64,000 nucleotides of DNA from Octopus vulgaris (taxonomy: Eukaryota), in NCBI GenBank assembly GCA_951406725.2, contig OX597842.1:1860001-1924000 (forward strand). The letters run 5' to 3'. Position 1 is the stretch's first letter; each line of letters opens with the position of its first letter. Below, piece by piece: positions 50,838 through 64,000 of the stretch. The translations under genes were made by a program, and so were the position numbers. The notes beneath the pieces were generated by a model that searched no databases, was not told the origin of the DNA, and saw only the letters and a list, made by a program, of their open reading frames with translations.

Positions 50838-51657
50838 TTTTAGCAACCGGCCATATCTGGCCAAAATATTTAATCTGTTTTATGTTCAAACTGACCAGAT
50901 CCAGGCTCTCACACCTACCCTACAATGTTATTCTACATTAAGTAATTACACCATCAAGATCGTGAAGATATGAGATGATGCATGATTAATTCAAATCAAT
51001 GTAAATCAATAAGCATTATGTTTGATAGAATAATCTGAACACTAAAGGGTTAAACTGGTCATGTCCAGCCCAAAATATTTGACCTGTGTTGCATTGAAAC
51101 TGACTAAAAATAAACAATCACATTATCAAAATCTGACCATATCCAGCCCCAAATTTTGTACCCGTTTTATGTTCAAGCCAGTCGTATCCAACTTCTCACA
51201 CTGATCCCACAATGTTTATTTTAAAAATATACAATTGCTGAATACAATGTGAATAAAGAAGCCTCATATTTGACAGAGTAATCTGAATGCTAAAGAGTTA
51301 ACCCTTTCGTTACTGTATTTATTTGGAGATGCTCTGTGTTTCTTTAAATTAATTTTAAATATAACAAAGAATTTAGTAAAATAACTTAGTTACCATTCAA
51401 CTAGTGTTAGGAACATTAATTGTGACTAAGGTTTGGTGGGAGATTTTAATTCAGAACTTATGGAAACAAGACATTTGTACTACAGAGCCAGAGGCAGTTT
51501 CAGCCAGGTTGGTATCAAAAGGGTTAAGAATTGTTTCTCTATTATATATCTTAACCCTTTCGTTACCATATTTCTGTTGAGATGCTTTGTTTCTTTTTCA
51601 ATTAATTTTAAATATAACAAAGAATTTAGTAAAATAACTTAGTTATAATTAAGCTAG
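50838..51657. mobile_element. Chain of TTAA-flanked (piggyBac-type) MITEs of two families
   Basis: Complete copy 51302-51523: TTAA-CCCTTTCGTTAC...GTATCAAAAGGG-TTAA. Truncated copy from 51555. Second family 50838-51049 and 51054-51297 ends ctaaag(g/a)g-TTAA. Confidence 0.7.
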
Positions 51658-51660
51658 TCA

Positions 51661-51920
51661 GAGGATTGCGTTTTCAATTCCCAGACTGGGTGTTGTGTGT
51701 GCTTATTGAGCAAAAACACCTAAAAGCTTCACGAGGCTCTGGCAGGGGGTGGTGGCGACCCCTGTTGTACTATTTCGCCCCAACTTTCTCTCACTCTTTC
51801 TTCCTGTTTCTTGAGTAATGCTGCGATGGACTGGCGTCCCGTCCAGCTGGGGGGAACACATACGCCACAGAAACCGGGAAAACGGGCCCATGAGCCTAGC
51901 TAGGCTTGAAAAAGGCGCAT
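51661..51920 (+). mobile_element. SINE family B, tail type 2
   Basis: Matches the 33280 copy. Confidence 0.8.
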
Positions 51921-53192
51921 AAATAAAATAAATAAAAATATTAAATACTAGGATTATGTCTTCAATGTCCTTCCATAGTTTCCATCTTCAAAATTCGTTC
52001 ACCAATCAAAACTTTTGTAGAAGACACTTGACCGAGTTGTTGCACTCTGGGATTGAACTTGGAGCAGCATGGTTGAAAAGAGAGCATCTTAACCACACCA
52101 CTAAGCCTGCACCTAAATATTTTGTACAAATTTTAAAAAAAAATATATGTGCAGATGATGGGGTTTTAAGGGGAGCAATATATTCCAATGAAATTCAAGG
52201 ATTATTTGATTAGAAATCTTTGTTCCATGAAGAACCTGCTCCCTACTGCCACCTCACCCATCTCCCAGCTGTTCCAGTTCCTTCTCATACCGTTACCACT
52301 ACCACCGCCACCTTCACCAGTGAAGTCCCTGTCTGTGTTTTGTGCAGGGCTGCTGATAGGGGTTGTGGGGGCTGAAGGTGGGAGCATGCACAAACTGTCA
52401 GCTGTTTTCCATGCTTCTTCCAACTTTTCTTTTGATTCTTCTTCTTCTTCTTCTTCTTCTTCTTCTTCTTCTTCTTCTTCTTCTTCCAATTCTTCTTCTT
52501 ATTATTATTATTCTTCTTCTTCAATTCTCCTCCCCTCCTCCTCCTTCTTCTCCTTCCCCTTCTTCTTCTTCTTCCAATTCTTCTTCAATTCCCCTCCACC
52601 TCCCCTCCACTTCTTCCTCCTCCTCCTCCTCTTCTTCTTCAGTTTTCTTCTTCTTCAATTCTCCTCCTCCTCTTCCTCCTTCTTCTTCTTCTCCTTCTTC
52701 TTCTTCAATTCTCCTCCTCTTCCTCCTCCTTCTTCTTCGTGCTTCACCGAATTCCAAGACATTGAGACATGCTTTATTTTTCTGTTTTCTTTTCTTTTCT
52801 TTTTTTGTTGTTTATTGTATCAGAGTAGACCTGCATTAGGATGGAGTGGGGAGGTCAGACAGCTTTGATGGGGGGTCCAGAAGCATGGGGATCTTTTGTG
52901 CTGGAATGGTGGAGTGGCATTAGCCTCTGTATTGGAGTCAGCAACCATGAAAATATGTGACTTGTAGTGGTAGTGGGGATGGTAGTATTAGTTGCAGGGG
53001 GTGGGGAGTGTTTCACTGATATCTTTGTGACCATTGTGTCACAGGCATGGCTGTATGGTTAAGGAGCTTGCCTCTTAACTATGTGGTTTGAGGTTCAGTC
53101 CCATGTCGTGGCACCTTGGGCAAGTGTCTTCTATTATAACTTGGGCTGACCAAAATCCTGTGAATGGATTTGGTGGATGGAAACTGAAATGA

Positions 53193-53427
53193 AGGTGGGG
53201 AGCTGGCAGAAACTTTAGCATGCCTGGCGAAATGCTTAGCAGTATTTCATCTGCTGTTATGTTCTGAGTTCAAATTCCACTGAGGTTGACTTTGCTTTTC
53301 ATCCTTTTGGGCGTCAATAAATTAAGTACCAGTTACGCACTGGGGTTGATGTAATCGACTTAATCCGTTTGTCTGTCCTTGTTTGTCCCCTCTATGTTTA
53401 GCCCCTTGTAGGCATTAAAGAAATAAG
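53193..53427 (+). mobile_element. SINE family C nested in family A
   Basis: Flanked by duplicated gatggaaactgaa. Confidence 0.8.
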
Positions 53428-53454
53428 ATGGAAACTGAAGGAAGCCTGTTATAT

Positions 53455-53965
53455 ACCAGGTTGAGTCAAAAATGTTTTCATATTTCAAACTTTAATTAAT
53501 ATTTCTAACGAATTATATACAAAAAATGTTTATTTATTGGAATATACTCTATCATATTCTAACATCTGTTGCCATCGTTGTGCCAGAAACTCAATTCCAT
53601 CCTTATACCATTTGGCTGGTTTAGAAGCAAACATTTCCCTACTTGGAAAAGGTGGTAATTTGGTGGCACAAGGTCAGGACTATAGGTAGGGCGAAGCAGC
53701 ACTTGTAGCCCTTCAAGTTTTTGCTTGGCCACATTGGCAGTGGGTGCTGGCCAGGTAGCAGGCTTTGAAAGCATCATATGCTCACTACAGTTGTTCAGCA
53801 TGAAGGTTAGCATTCACAGCCTGACCATCTGAGATGAGCTCAAAGTGCAACATCTCTTCAAAATTCCACCAAACACAAAGCATGACTTTCCGTTCAAACA
53901 ACCCTTGTTTGACAACAGGTTCTGAACCCAAGCCAGAATGAAGCCACTGATTCCTCTTATGACGA
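53455..53965 (-). pseudogene. Degenerate mariner (DD34D) transposase fragment
   Basis: Motifs KVMLCVWWN..MLHFELI and VLLRPTYSPDLVPPNYHLF (cf. YSPDLAPSDYHLF), frameshifted. Confidence 0.85.
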
Positions 53966-54140
53966 TTATGGGATCTTTACCTTTTGACCGACAGATTTAA
54001 AAAATAATTTTTTGTAACTAAACACTTTGAAACTTTAGACACTGGTAGAATGTGTCATATAAAACATCTTTTACTCTTAGCATTTTTGAGAAAAGTTTAT
54101 ATTTAGGAAGTTATTTCACGTTAAAGTTGTCATATTTCCA

Positions 54141-54290
54141 GATTCAGTCCCATTGCGTGGCACCTTGAGGAAGTGTCTTCTATAGCCTTGGGCCAACCAG
54201 AACCTTGTGAGTGAATTTGGTAGACGGAAACTGAAAGAAGCCTGTCGTATATATGTATATATGTTAGTATGTGTGTGTGTGTATATATAC

Positions 54291-54321
<31 letters not shown>

Positions 54322-54562
54322 TGTATGTGTCTATGTATGTGTTTTTGTGTCTGTGTTTGTCCCTTCACCATTGCTTGACAACCAGTGTTGGTGTGTTCAC
54401 ATCCCCATAACTTAGTGGTTTGGCAAAAGAGACCAATAGAATAATCACCTGGTTTTACAAAAAGATAAGTAATGGGGTCGATTCATTCAACTAAAAAATT
54501 TCTCAAGGCAGTGCTCCAGCATGGCCGTAGTCTTATGCCTGAAGCAAGTAAATGATAAAAGA
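54141..54562 (+). mobile_element. SINE family A, 5'-truncated (another head at 53041-53192)
   Basis: Collinear with the 46080 copy. Confidence 0.8.
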
Positions 54563-55907
54563 GACATATATATTTCCCTACCCCCTCCACTTCCACTCCA
54601 CACACGCCTCTCTAAGCTTACATCATATGTGGTGGTCACATCACAAACATTTTTGCATTGTTGTTTTTCTTATTATTGTCATTCTGTCTTTCTCCCTCAA
54701 CACCATCATCTCTTCTTCCTCCCCCTCCTCTCTTCTTCCTCCCTCTCCTCTCTTCTTCCTCCCCCTCCTCTCTTCTTCCCCTCCTCTCTTCTTCCTCCCC
54801 CTCATCTCTTCTTCCTCCCCCTCCTCTCTTCTGCTCCCTCATCACCTCTTCTTCTCCTTCATCTCTTCCTGTCCCTCATCTTCCTCTCCCTTGTCTCCTC
54901 TTCTTGTCCACATCTCCTCCTCCTCCTTTCCCTCATCTCCTCTTCCTCTCCCTTGTCTCCTCTTCCTCTCCTTTTCGCCATCATCTCCTCCTCCCCTTTA
55001 TTTCTTCCTCATTTGTTCTCCCTTTCATCTCTTCTTTCTCCCATTTCTTTTTCTTCCTCCTCCTCTCCATCCACTTCCTCTCCCTCCCCTTCCTCTCCCT
55101 CCCCTTCCTCTCCCTCCTCCTCTCTCCTCCTCCTCCTCTCTTCCTCTCCCTCATTTCCTCATCCCTCCTTATTTACCCATCACTCTCATCTCCCCGTCAC
55201 TTTCATCTCTCCCTCCTCTTCATCTCTTCCTCCCCCTCATCTCTTCCTACTGCCTCGTCTCCTCTTCCTGTCCCTCATTCCTCCTCCCCTCCTCAGCCCG
55301 TGCCTCCTCCCACCCTTAGATCTCTTGTGTCTGTTTCCATTCATTAATGCAAGATTTAACATGATTGTGGTTTGTCAGAGATGTGTTGGGGTTTGGATGG
55401 AATAGTGAGTGGTGGTGGTCATGGGGGAGGGGTCCTTTGTGATGCTGGGTGAGGAATTGTGTTTGAAACAGATGGAAGTACAGTGTTTACGGTTGCCTCA
55501 GATGTGGTGCTTCGTGGTGATGTTGCTGGTGTTTGGTGGGTAGTGTTGGTAATAGTTGTGGTGGTGGTGGTGGTGGTAGAAATAGCGGTGATTATAGTAG
55601 TGATGGTTGTAGTGTTGGTGGTTGTAGCAGTAGTGGTTGTTATTATCAGTGGTGGTGGTGGTGGTGGCAGTTGTAGTGTTGTTTGGTTGTTGGTGGTGGT
55701 GGTTGTGGTGGAGGTGGTGGCCATTGTGTTAGTGGTAATGACAGTTGTGGTGGTGGTCTGGTAAGTGGTTGCAATGGTTGTGGCAGTAGTGGTTGTAGTA
55801 GAGGTGGTGATAGTGGTGGAGGTAGTGATGATGGTGGTCATAGTGATGGCAGTGGTTGGATGATGGCAATGGTAGCAGCAGTGGTGGTGTCGGTGGTAGT
55901 AGCAGTG

Positions 55908-56136
55908 GTGAGCTGGCAGGAACGTTAGCATGCCAGGCAAAATGCGTAACCGTATTTTGTCTGCCGTTACGTTCTGAGTTCAAATTCCGCTGAGGTCAAC
56001 TTTGCCTTTCATCCTTTCGGGGTCGATAAATTAAGTACCAGTTACGCACTGAGGTCGATGTAATCGATTTAATACCTTTGTCTATCCTTGTTTGTCTCCT
56101 TTATGTTTAGCCCCTTGTGGGTAGTAAAGAAATAGG
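55908..56136 (+). mobile_element. SINE family C (another at 59063-59275)
   Basis: Collinear with the 37366 copy. Confidence 0.85.
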
Positions 56137-57417
56137 TGGTGGTAGTGGTTGTAGTGTGGTAGATAGTTTATGGGTGGTGGTGATGCAAGAGGAATGCGGT
56201 AGCTATGGTGATGGTGGTTGTTCAGCATTGTCTATGAGCATCGTCAGCATTCAAGCTGTGTTCTTCATTTGCAGTCTTCTCTGAAAACCATGTCTGGCTA
56301 CGGGTGAATATTACCTGGCTTGGAAACAGGTGAGGGTGTGTGACAGAGAGAGCGTCCAGCTGTAGAAAGTCCGCCTCAGCAAATTCCATTTGACCCATGC
56401 AAGCATTGAGAAGTGAACATGAATATGTTGATGACAGTGATGATGATGATTTATATTGATTATATACACACACACACATATATATGCATATGTATATATA
56501 TATGTATACATATATATATGTATACATATATATATATGTATATATATATGTAATGTATACATATATATATGTATACATATATATACATACATACATATGA
56601 AATGTATACATATATATATATATATATATGTGTGTGTATATATATATATATATATCTGTATATATATATATATATGTGTGTGTGTGTATATATATGCATA
56701 CATATATATGTATGTGTGTCTGTGTGTATATATATGTGTATGTATGTATATATTTATATATATATGTACACATATATGTATACATATGTATATATGTAAA
56801 TGTATATATGTGTGTGTGTGTCTTTGTATATATGTGTATATACATATGTATTTACATGTATGTATACGTGAGCATCTGTGTTTGTTTGTTTGTGTTTCTA
56901 ACCAAAAACAACACAAAAAGAAACAAACAAAACACGGACATAATTGCATATAATTAGGAAGCAGAGCTGGAAGAAAATAAAAATAATAACACACAATTGT
57001 CACTGGAAAAATATTTGTTTATAAACAAACAAAAAATACAAACACCACCAAAAAAAATTACAAAAAACAATCCCCCCCCTTAAGGAAAGCAAAAAATATC
57101 AAACAAAAAAGCACAAAATGAAATTCCAATAAGTATGTTATGTCTCTGTTTATTCAAACGACTCTAACCACACCGTTCCATGCCCCTCCGAGCCTCCGCC
57201 ACCGTTCATACCATTCTGCACCAGACCCACCCCTACGCCTCGCTTATACCACCTGACACCTCTTCCACACGCTACAGCAAGCGTTCGCCTGTAATTCAGG
57301 CGAATGTTATAATTAAAGTCTTTCGTAGACAGTCACACCTTGCCGACTTGAGTGTTTCGGTGATTCCAGAGGTGTTTAACTCTTAAATGATTAGGTGTTG
57401 CAATCTGTTGTATTCAG

Positions 57418-58290
57418 CATCATCATCGTCGTGTTTGTTTTCCCTGCTGGCATGGGTTGGACGATTGGACAGGAGCTGGCAATTTGAAGAGCTGAACCAG
57501 GCTCCAGTTACCTGTGGTTTCCTAACACCAGCCATTTTACGGAATTTGCTGGATGCTTTTTTACAAGGCATTGGTACCAGCAAAGCTTGCTTTGGCATTA
57601 TTTCTACAGCTGGATGTCCTTCCTAACACCAACCACTTTACAGAATATATTGGGTCCTGGGACCAGCACGAGCAAAGTCTGCTTTGGCCGGATTTCTACA
57701 GCTGGATGTCCTTCCTAACACCAACCACTTTACAGAATATATTGGGTCCTTTTTATGTGGCACCAGCACCAGCAAAAGTCTGCTTTGGCCGGATTTCTAC
57801 AGCTGGATGTCCTTCCTATTGCCAACCACTTTTCAGAGAATATTGGGTCCTTTTATATGTGGCACCAGCACAGTCAGCATTGGCATGATTTCTACAGTTG
57901 ACTGTCCTTTCTAATGTCAACCAGTTACAGAATGTACTGGGTGCTTTTTTTGTGACACTTGCACCAGTGAGGTCTGCCTTTGCATGATTTCTATAACTGG
58001 ATGTCTTTCCTAATGCCGACAACCTTATGGAGTGTCCAGAGTGTTTTTTATGTGGCACCAGCACCAGTGAGGTCTGTTTTGACATGTCTTTTATGGTTGG
58101 ATGCCCTTCTTAATGCCAGCTCCCTTACAGAGCATACTGGGTGCTTTTTATGTGACACCAGCGTAGGTGCTGTTTATTTGGGACTGGCGTGGGTGCTTTT
58201 TACGTAGAACCAGCACGGGTGCTTTTTATGTGTAACCAGCATTTGTGTTTTTTATGTGGCACCAGAATGGGTGCATTTTACTGGGCATTA
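57418..58290 (-). mobile_element. Old family D-related element with ~100-bp internal tandem repeats (similar degenerate copies 32490-33120, 35100-35360, 56220-56450)
   Basis: Repeated tttctacagctggatgtccttcctaacaccaaccactttacag. Confidence 0.7.
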
Positions 58291-58464
58291 GCAGAGGATT
58301 CTGTTCTTCCAATGTTTCATCAGAACCCAAACATATGCACAACCCTTCATCATCATGAATTTTATTACAAGGAGAAACCTTGGTTTTGATATTTTCAATT
58401 TGCTTCTCAAGCTTATCACATCTATCATCCTAAATATTGGCTAATGAATGAACAAGACTGACTG

Positions 58465-59010
58465 CAAATTCTGTTCTGAGGTAGCCTCAACCATAAAGGA
58501 TGTAAAAACCTGGACAGCAAAAGTATGGTCAGCCCTAAACAAACCGGATGTTTTCTGGCAATCAACCCTGTCAGACAACCTTAAGAGGAATTTTTTACCA
58601 TGCTACAATAGAGTCAGCCATTTTATATGGGGGAACAGCTTAGATACTTACCAAAAACTGGAATCCAAGCTAAAGGGAACTTACACCTGAATGTTAAGAG
58701 CAGTCTGGAACATATCTTGGAGAACTCATTCCACCTAGAAACAGCTGTATGGAAATCTCCTGCAGGTTTCTACCATAGTAAGGAAACGGTGCTTGCACTT
58801 TGCTGGTGAGCTAAACAAGAGCTGCCAACTGACCTACTCCTACTGATGCCAAAGTATGGCCACACTCAAGTGGGTTCTCTGAAGGTAGCATATGTGGAAC
58901 AATTCACCAGAGACACTGGATGCCTCACCAATGACCTCCCTTAACGAATGCAGGACCAAGACAGATGGTGTGCATGGATTAAAAATGACCAAGGAAGCTT
59001 GACCAGAGGG
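58465..59010 (+). pseudogene. Degenerate RTE-clade LINE ORF2 C-terminal fragment
   Basis: KDVKTWTAKVWSALNK..FWQSTLSDNLKRNF, LESKLKGTYT*MLRAV, LYGNL motifs with frameshifts. Confidence 0.75.
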
Positions 59011-60621
59011 TGGATAATAGTATGTATATGTGTACAGCTATTTAATATTTTACATGATGTTAAGGTAGCAAGCTGGCAGAATCGTTAACACACCGAGCAA
59101 AATTCTTAGCTGTATTTTGTCCAACCTTATGTTCTGAGTTCAAATTCTGCTGAGGTCAGTTTCACCTTTCATCCTTTTGAGGTCAATAAAATAAGAACCA
59201 GTTGAATGTTGGGGTCGATGTAATTGACTTAATGCCACTCTTGAAATTTCTGGCCTTGTGCCAAAATTTGAAATCAGGATTTAAGATGAAGCTAAGGTAG
59301 TGAGCTGGTAGAATCATTATCACACCAGACAAAACAGAAAAGTAATCCAGAATCCTTGTCCGGTACCAAATCAATCCCAAAGGTTGTCATGGAATGTGAA
59401 GGTGGGTGTGTGTGGGCCGTGTTTGTGATGCTGTGTGTTTGTCATCTGCAGTGGGAACATCCTCAAGTATAAATGTGGAGTGATAGCACCAAGCAGGAAT
59501 GTGTATGAATAGAAGCTTGTTACCATTTTAAATATGCTTGGAACATATTTTAACGCACATGAAAGACATTCACTGTGCCTTGTCATGGAGAAAATTACTC
59601 ACCGTTAACAAATACACTGAATGTACACAAAATGCCACCTGATCAGCCTGTGAGGTGCATGCATTTCTGAGTGATTATTGCTTCCTCAGCAGCAGAGACG
59701 AAAAAGAGAGGAGCTGTAAACTGACATGAGAGACAGGTCTCTGTAATGATAATCTCATCATCATTTAGTGATTGGTAGTGCTACTCAGGAGTATAAATTT
59801 AGTGACTGGTAGTGCTAGAGGAGTATAAATATAAACTCGCTACCATTTCATACCTGATTGGGGCATATTTGAACCAATAAGGCAGCCATTCACTGTGTTT
59901 TGTCATAGAGAAAATTTGTGACTGTTGACAAGAGTGAATTGTTTCTTTTAGCCCTTATTGTACCAAGGATCCCACCTCACATCCCTGTCAGTCATGCATT
60001 TAACTGGGTGCAGCTGTACCCAGTTTAACCAGGTAGTAATTGTCCTATTTTAATTACCCACCGAGGATTTGAACTCTGGTCTCAGGTTTTGGCTGTACTT
60101 TATGTGCCATTGTCATATCCTCACTACAAGACACACACAAGCACAAGCAGGCGTGCACGCATGCTCACACACACACACACATACACACATGCATTTGCTC
60201 ATACACACATACATGCGCAAGCATACATACATCTGTTTCTGACTGATTGTCTCTCTTTCTCTCTCTTTTTAGGTCTTTCTCTCTTTTTCTCTCTCTTTCT
60301 TTCTCTTTCTTCTCTCTCTCTCTATATATATATATGAATGTAAATGTGTATGTATATATGCACACGTACAAACTCACACATACACATACATACACACACA
60401 GATATTATACTATGCACAAACTTACATATTATGTAATATATATGCATGTGTTTTTATAAAGTTGTATGTATATATATATATCTATATACACACACATGTG
60501 TATATATTTGTACACACATACATATAATCATACATATACATTAGCCCTTAAAGTATTTCTATATATTACTATATATGTATGCTTGTGTGTGTGTGTGTAT
60601 ATATATATATTTGTGTATATA

Positions 60622-60662
<41 letters not shown>

Positions 60663-60867
60663 TATATGTATTTGTATATGTATATACATATATGTATATT
60701 TGTATATGTATATACATATATGTATATTTGTATATGTATATACATATATATATATTTGTATATGTATATACATATATGTATATTTGTATATGTATATACA
60801 TATATATATTTGTATATGTATATACATATATATATTTGTAAATGCATATACATACATATATTTGTAA

Positions 60868-60902
<35 letters not shown>

Positions 60903-61571
60903 ATATGTATATACATATTTATATATGTTTATTTGTATGTATATGTGTTGTGTGTGTGCGTGATATATGTATGTGTGTGTGTGCGTGTGTGTGTGTGTGT
61001 GTCATAACAAGCAATTATTGCTGACATCACCAATGTGAGATTGTGTGCAGGTGGCTTTTGTATTCTTCACTTTGGAAGCCAATTGCCATAAAAACCACGG
61101 TTTCGCCTGCAGTCAGCCCATTTCAAACACCTGTACCTCGTTAAAGGTAACTAATTTCGCAGTGTTTCTCTGCCTACTTCGAAATTCTGAAATGTGCTGG
61201 GTTGTCAGCCAGAGGCTTTCATATGTGGTGTGTATGTGTGTGTGTGCATGTGTGCGTGCATGCATGTGTGTGTGTGTGTGTGCATGCATGCATGCATGTG
61301 TGTGTATGTGTATTTGTTGCTGTGCCTCTTTGGGTGTACATGTCATCATATGCTGGTGTAATATATTTTGTTTGTATGTATATATATTATGTATATATAT
61401 GTGTGTGTATGTATGTATATATACATATATCTGTGTATGTATGTTTGTGCATATGTATGTGTGTGTGTATGTATTCATATAAATGTATGTAAATGCAAAT
61501 ATATATACAGATATTTATTTACATATACATACACTGAAACACCCACATATATATGTATGTATATATATCTA

Positions 61572-61630
<59 letters not shown>

Positions 61631-61655
61631 ATATATATATATATCTATCTATCTA

Positions 61656-61746
<91 letters not shown>

Positions 61747-61894
61747 TGAGAAAGAGAGAAAGAAAGGAAGAGATAAATAGAGTTTCATATGTGACTGTGT
61801 GTATATATGTATATATATATATGCATCTGTGTGTGTTTGTATACAAGTATATATTTACAGAGAGAGTGAGTGAGAATGAGTAAGAGAAGAGATA

Positions 61895-61955
<61 letters not shown>

Positions 61956-63342
61956 AGCTGGATTACATTCTGCCAAGCATTTCATTGGATGCCATAGCAA
62001 CTGCCAGATCTTTACATTATTTATCTATCAGAATTCAAAAAGAAAATAAAAGAACCCCACAAAATATATATTTTTATCCATTCCTCTTTCCATTTTTCTC
62101 TCTGCCTGTCCCTTTGAGAATCATAGGGCAAGGACCTCTCAGACATGCCCTCCAGAGGGTTGTTTGACATCAACCATAAGCAAAGGTTTTGGTTGCAGTC
62201 CCAAGTGGAACTGTCTGCGAGTGATAACATTATTTGACATTATCATGCCATTCAATGTCTGGATCAGAAGAATGAGGGAAAGGGAGGGTGGGAGTATCAT
62301 TTGGTCATGGTAGGACAGAGTCCTTTTCTGATTGCAGGCAGCAGAGCAAAGCTCAGCTGAAGACACTGATATGTTGTCAGATGGTTGGTTGGTTAGTGTT
62401 AAACAACATGACTGGCTAAGTCTACCATTGAAGTGGTATTGTTTCATCTAAATGTACCACACCAACCAAAAGAAACTGAATACATACAGTTTTTGTTTGA
62501 ATTTTGGCAGATTTTCTTCCTTCTTTTTCTTCATCTTTCTTCTCCTTTTCCTTCTTCTTATCCTCTTTTTCTTCACCCTCTCATTTTTCTCTTTTTTTCT
62601 TCAAACCCTTTACTTTTTCTCTTCCATTTCTTTCTCCTTTGATCTCCAGCCCTTCCTTTTGCTCTTCTTCCCCTCCCTTTTGCTTTTCTCTTCTTCCCCT
62701 TTCCCACCTCTTCTCTTCCTTGTCCTCTTCCATCTCGCCCTTCCCTTCTCCTCCTCCTCCCCTTCAGTCTCCTCTTTCTTCCTCTTCCTTTCTATCATCT
62801 TGTTCTCCTCCCCTTCTCTTTCTCCTCCTCTTCTCTTTCTCCTCACCTCCTCCTCTTTCGCACCTCCTCCTCTTTCGCACCTCCTCCTTATCTTCATTCT
62901 ATCCTTTCTCCTCTATCTTCTATTCCTCCCTTTCTCTCCCCACCCCTTCTTGAAATTGGTATCTGGACACACTAAATACAGCTTCTGTTACCTAGCAGTC
63001 ATATCTACCAACTCCCTATTTCCTCTACCTCAAGTATCATTGGTCAACCACAATTCCCTACCTCTGCTCTTTCACCCTTCACTCAATCCCCATCTCTCTT
63101 GCCCCTCCTCGCCACGTACACACAACCCACTCACAATTTTGTCCCCCTCTCATTTCTGCTCTGTCACATCATCAATATTTTCATCATTTTCCTGCTCTTC
63201 CATATCATCTTCACTCCCTCATCTGAAATGCAAGTAGTTATGCAGCCCTTTTTCTGCAAGAAACTAGTTCTGTTTTGGCCCTTTCTTGCATGCTTTTTAA
63301 CCCCTTACCTGGCAAAGATCCAATTTGTCATTTTCATAGTTT

Positions 63343-64000
63343 AATCATCGTTTAACGTCCGCTTTCCATGCTAGCATGGGTTGAACGGTTCAACTGGGGT
63401 CTGGGAAGCCCGAAGGCTGCACCAGGCCAGTCAGATCTGGCAGTGTTTCTACAGCTGGATGCCCTTCCTAACGCCAACCACTCCGTGAGTGTAGTGGGTG
63501 CTTTTTATGTGCCACCGACACAGGTGCCAGACGAGGCTGGCAAACGGCCATGCTCGGATGATGTTTTTTTTCATGTGCCACGGACACAGGTGCCAGACGA
63601 GGCTGGCGAACGGCCACGCTCGGATGGTGTTTTTTATGTGCCACCGACACAGGTGCCAGACGAGGCTGGCGAACGGCCACGCTCGGATGGTGTTTTTTAT
63701 GTGCCACCAACACAGGTGCCAGACAAGGCTGGCAAACGGCCACGCTCGGATGGTGTTTTTTATGTGCCACCGACACAGGTGCCAGACGAGGCTGGCGAAC
63801 GGCCACGCTCGGATGGTGTTTTTTATGTGCCACCGACACAGGTGCCAGACAAGGCTGGCGAACGGCCACGCTCGGATGGTGTTTTTTATGTGCCACCGAC
63901 ACAGGTGCCAGACAAGGCTGGCAAACGGCCACGCTCGGATGGTGTTTTTTATGTGCCACGGACACAGGTGCCAGACGAGGCTGGCGAACGGCCACGCTCG
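63343..64000 (-). repeat. Family D retroposon 3' end with ~8 x 63-bp internal minisatellite, runs off the window
   Basis: Unit ggatggtgttttttatgtgccaccgacacaggtgccagacgaggctggcgaacggccacgctc. Confidence 0.9.

Noticed and set aside
52188-52489. Protein-like ORFs on both strands
   Set aside because: Run into (CTT)n, no convincing splice pair or domain.
59597-59700. Minus-strand CG|gtgagt donor
   Set aside because: Upstream ATGs hit stops and the site lies in a local duplication (copy near 59890-59930).
599-63237. Hundreds of YI/CV/HT, poly-S/F/E, poly-H/M and LS-rich ORFs
   Set aside because: Translations of microsatellites, open in several frames and on both strands.

Overview
Repeat-dense eukaryotic DNA, most likely an octopus (coleoid cephalopod) genome; this is inferred from the tRNA-derived SINE families and the very large microsatellite load. 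Nearly all ORFs in the supplied track are microsatellite or SINE artefacts. The well-supported coding sequence is two in-frame + strand exons (38019-38123, 41465-41624) of a sperm-tail PG-rich repeat protein 2 (STPG2)-like gene, so the rest of the window is probably intronic. Three minus-strand ATG-to-splice-donor segments that all end in phase 2 may be alternative first exons of an overlapping antisense gene. Mobile elements include at least five SINE families, Tc1 and mariner remnants, a Tc2/pogo-like MITE, TTAA MITEs, a Helitron, a Helentron-type element, and CR1, RTE and Gypsy fragments. The most striking pattern is about a dozen minimal hammerhead-ribozyme motifs (CUGANGA...GAAA), three with intact cores. 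They sit in short, mutually dissimilar elements, mostly inserted in (TA)n tracts, several folded as long hairpins with a 5' inverted copy and a 3' tail, as expected for Penelope-like retroelement termini. All family assignments are by eye and from memory; no searches were run.
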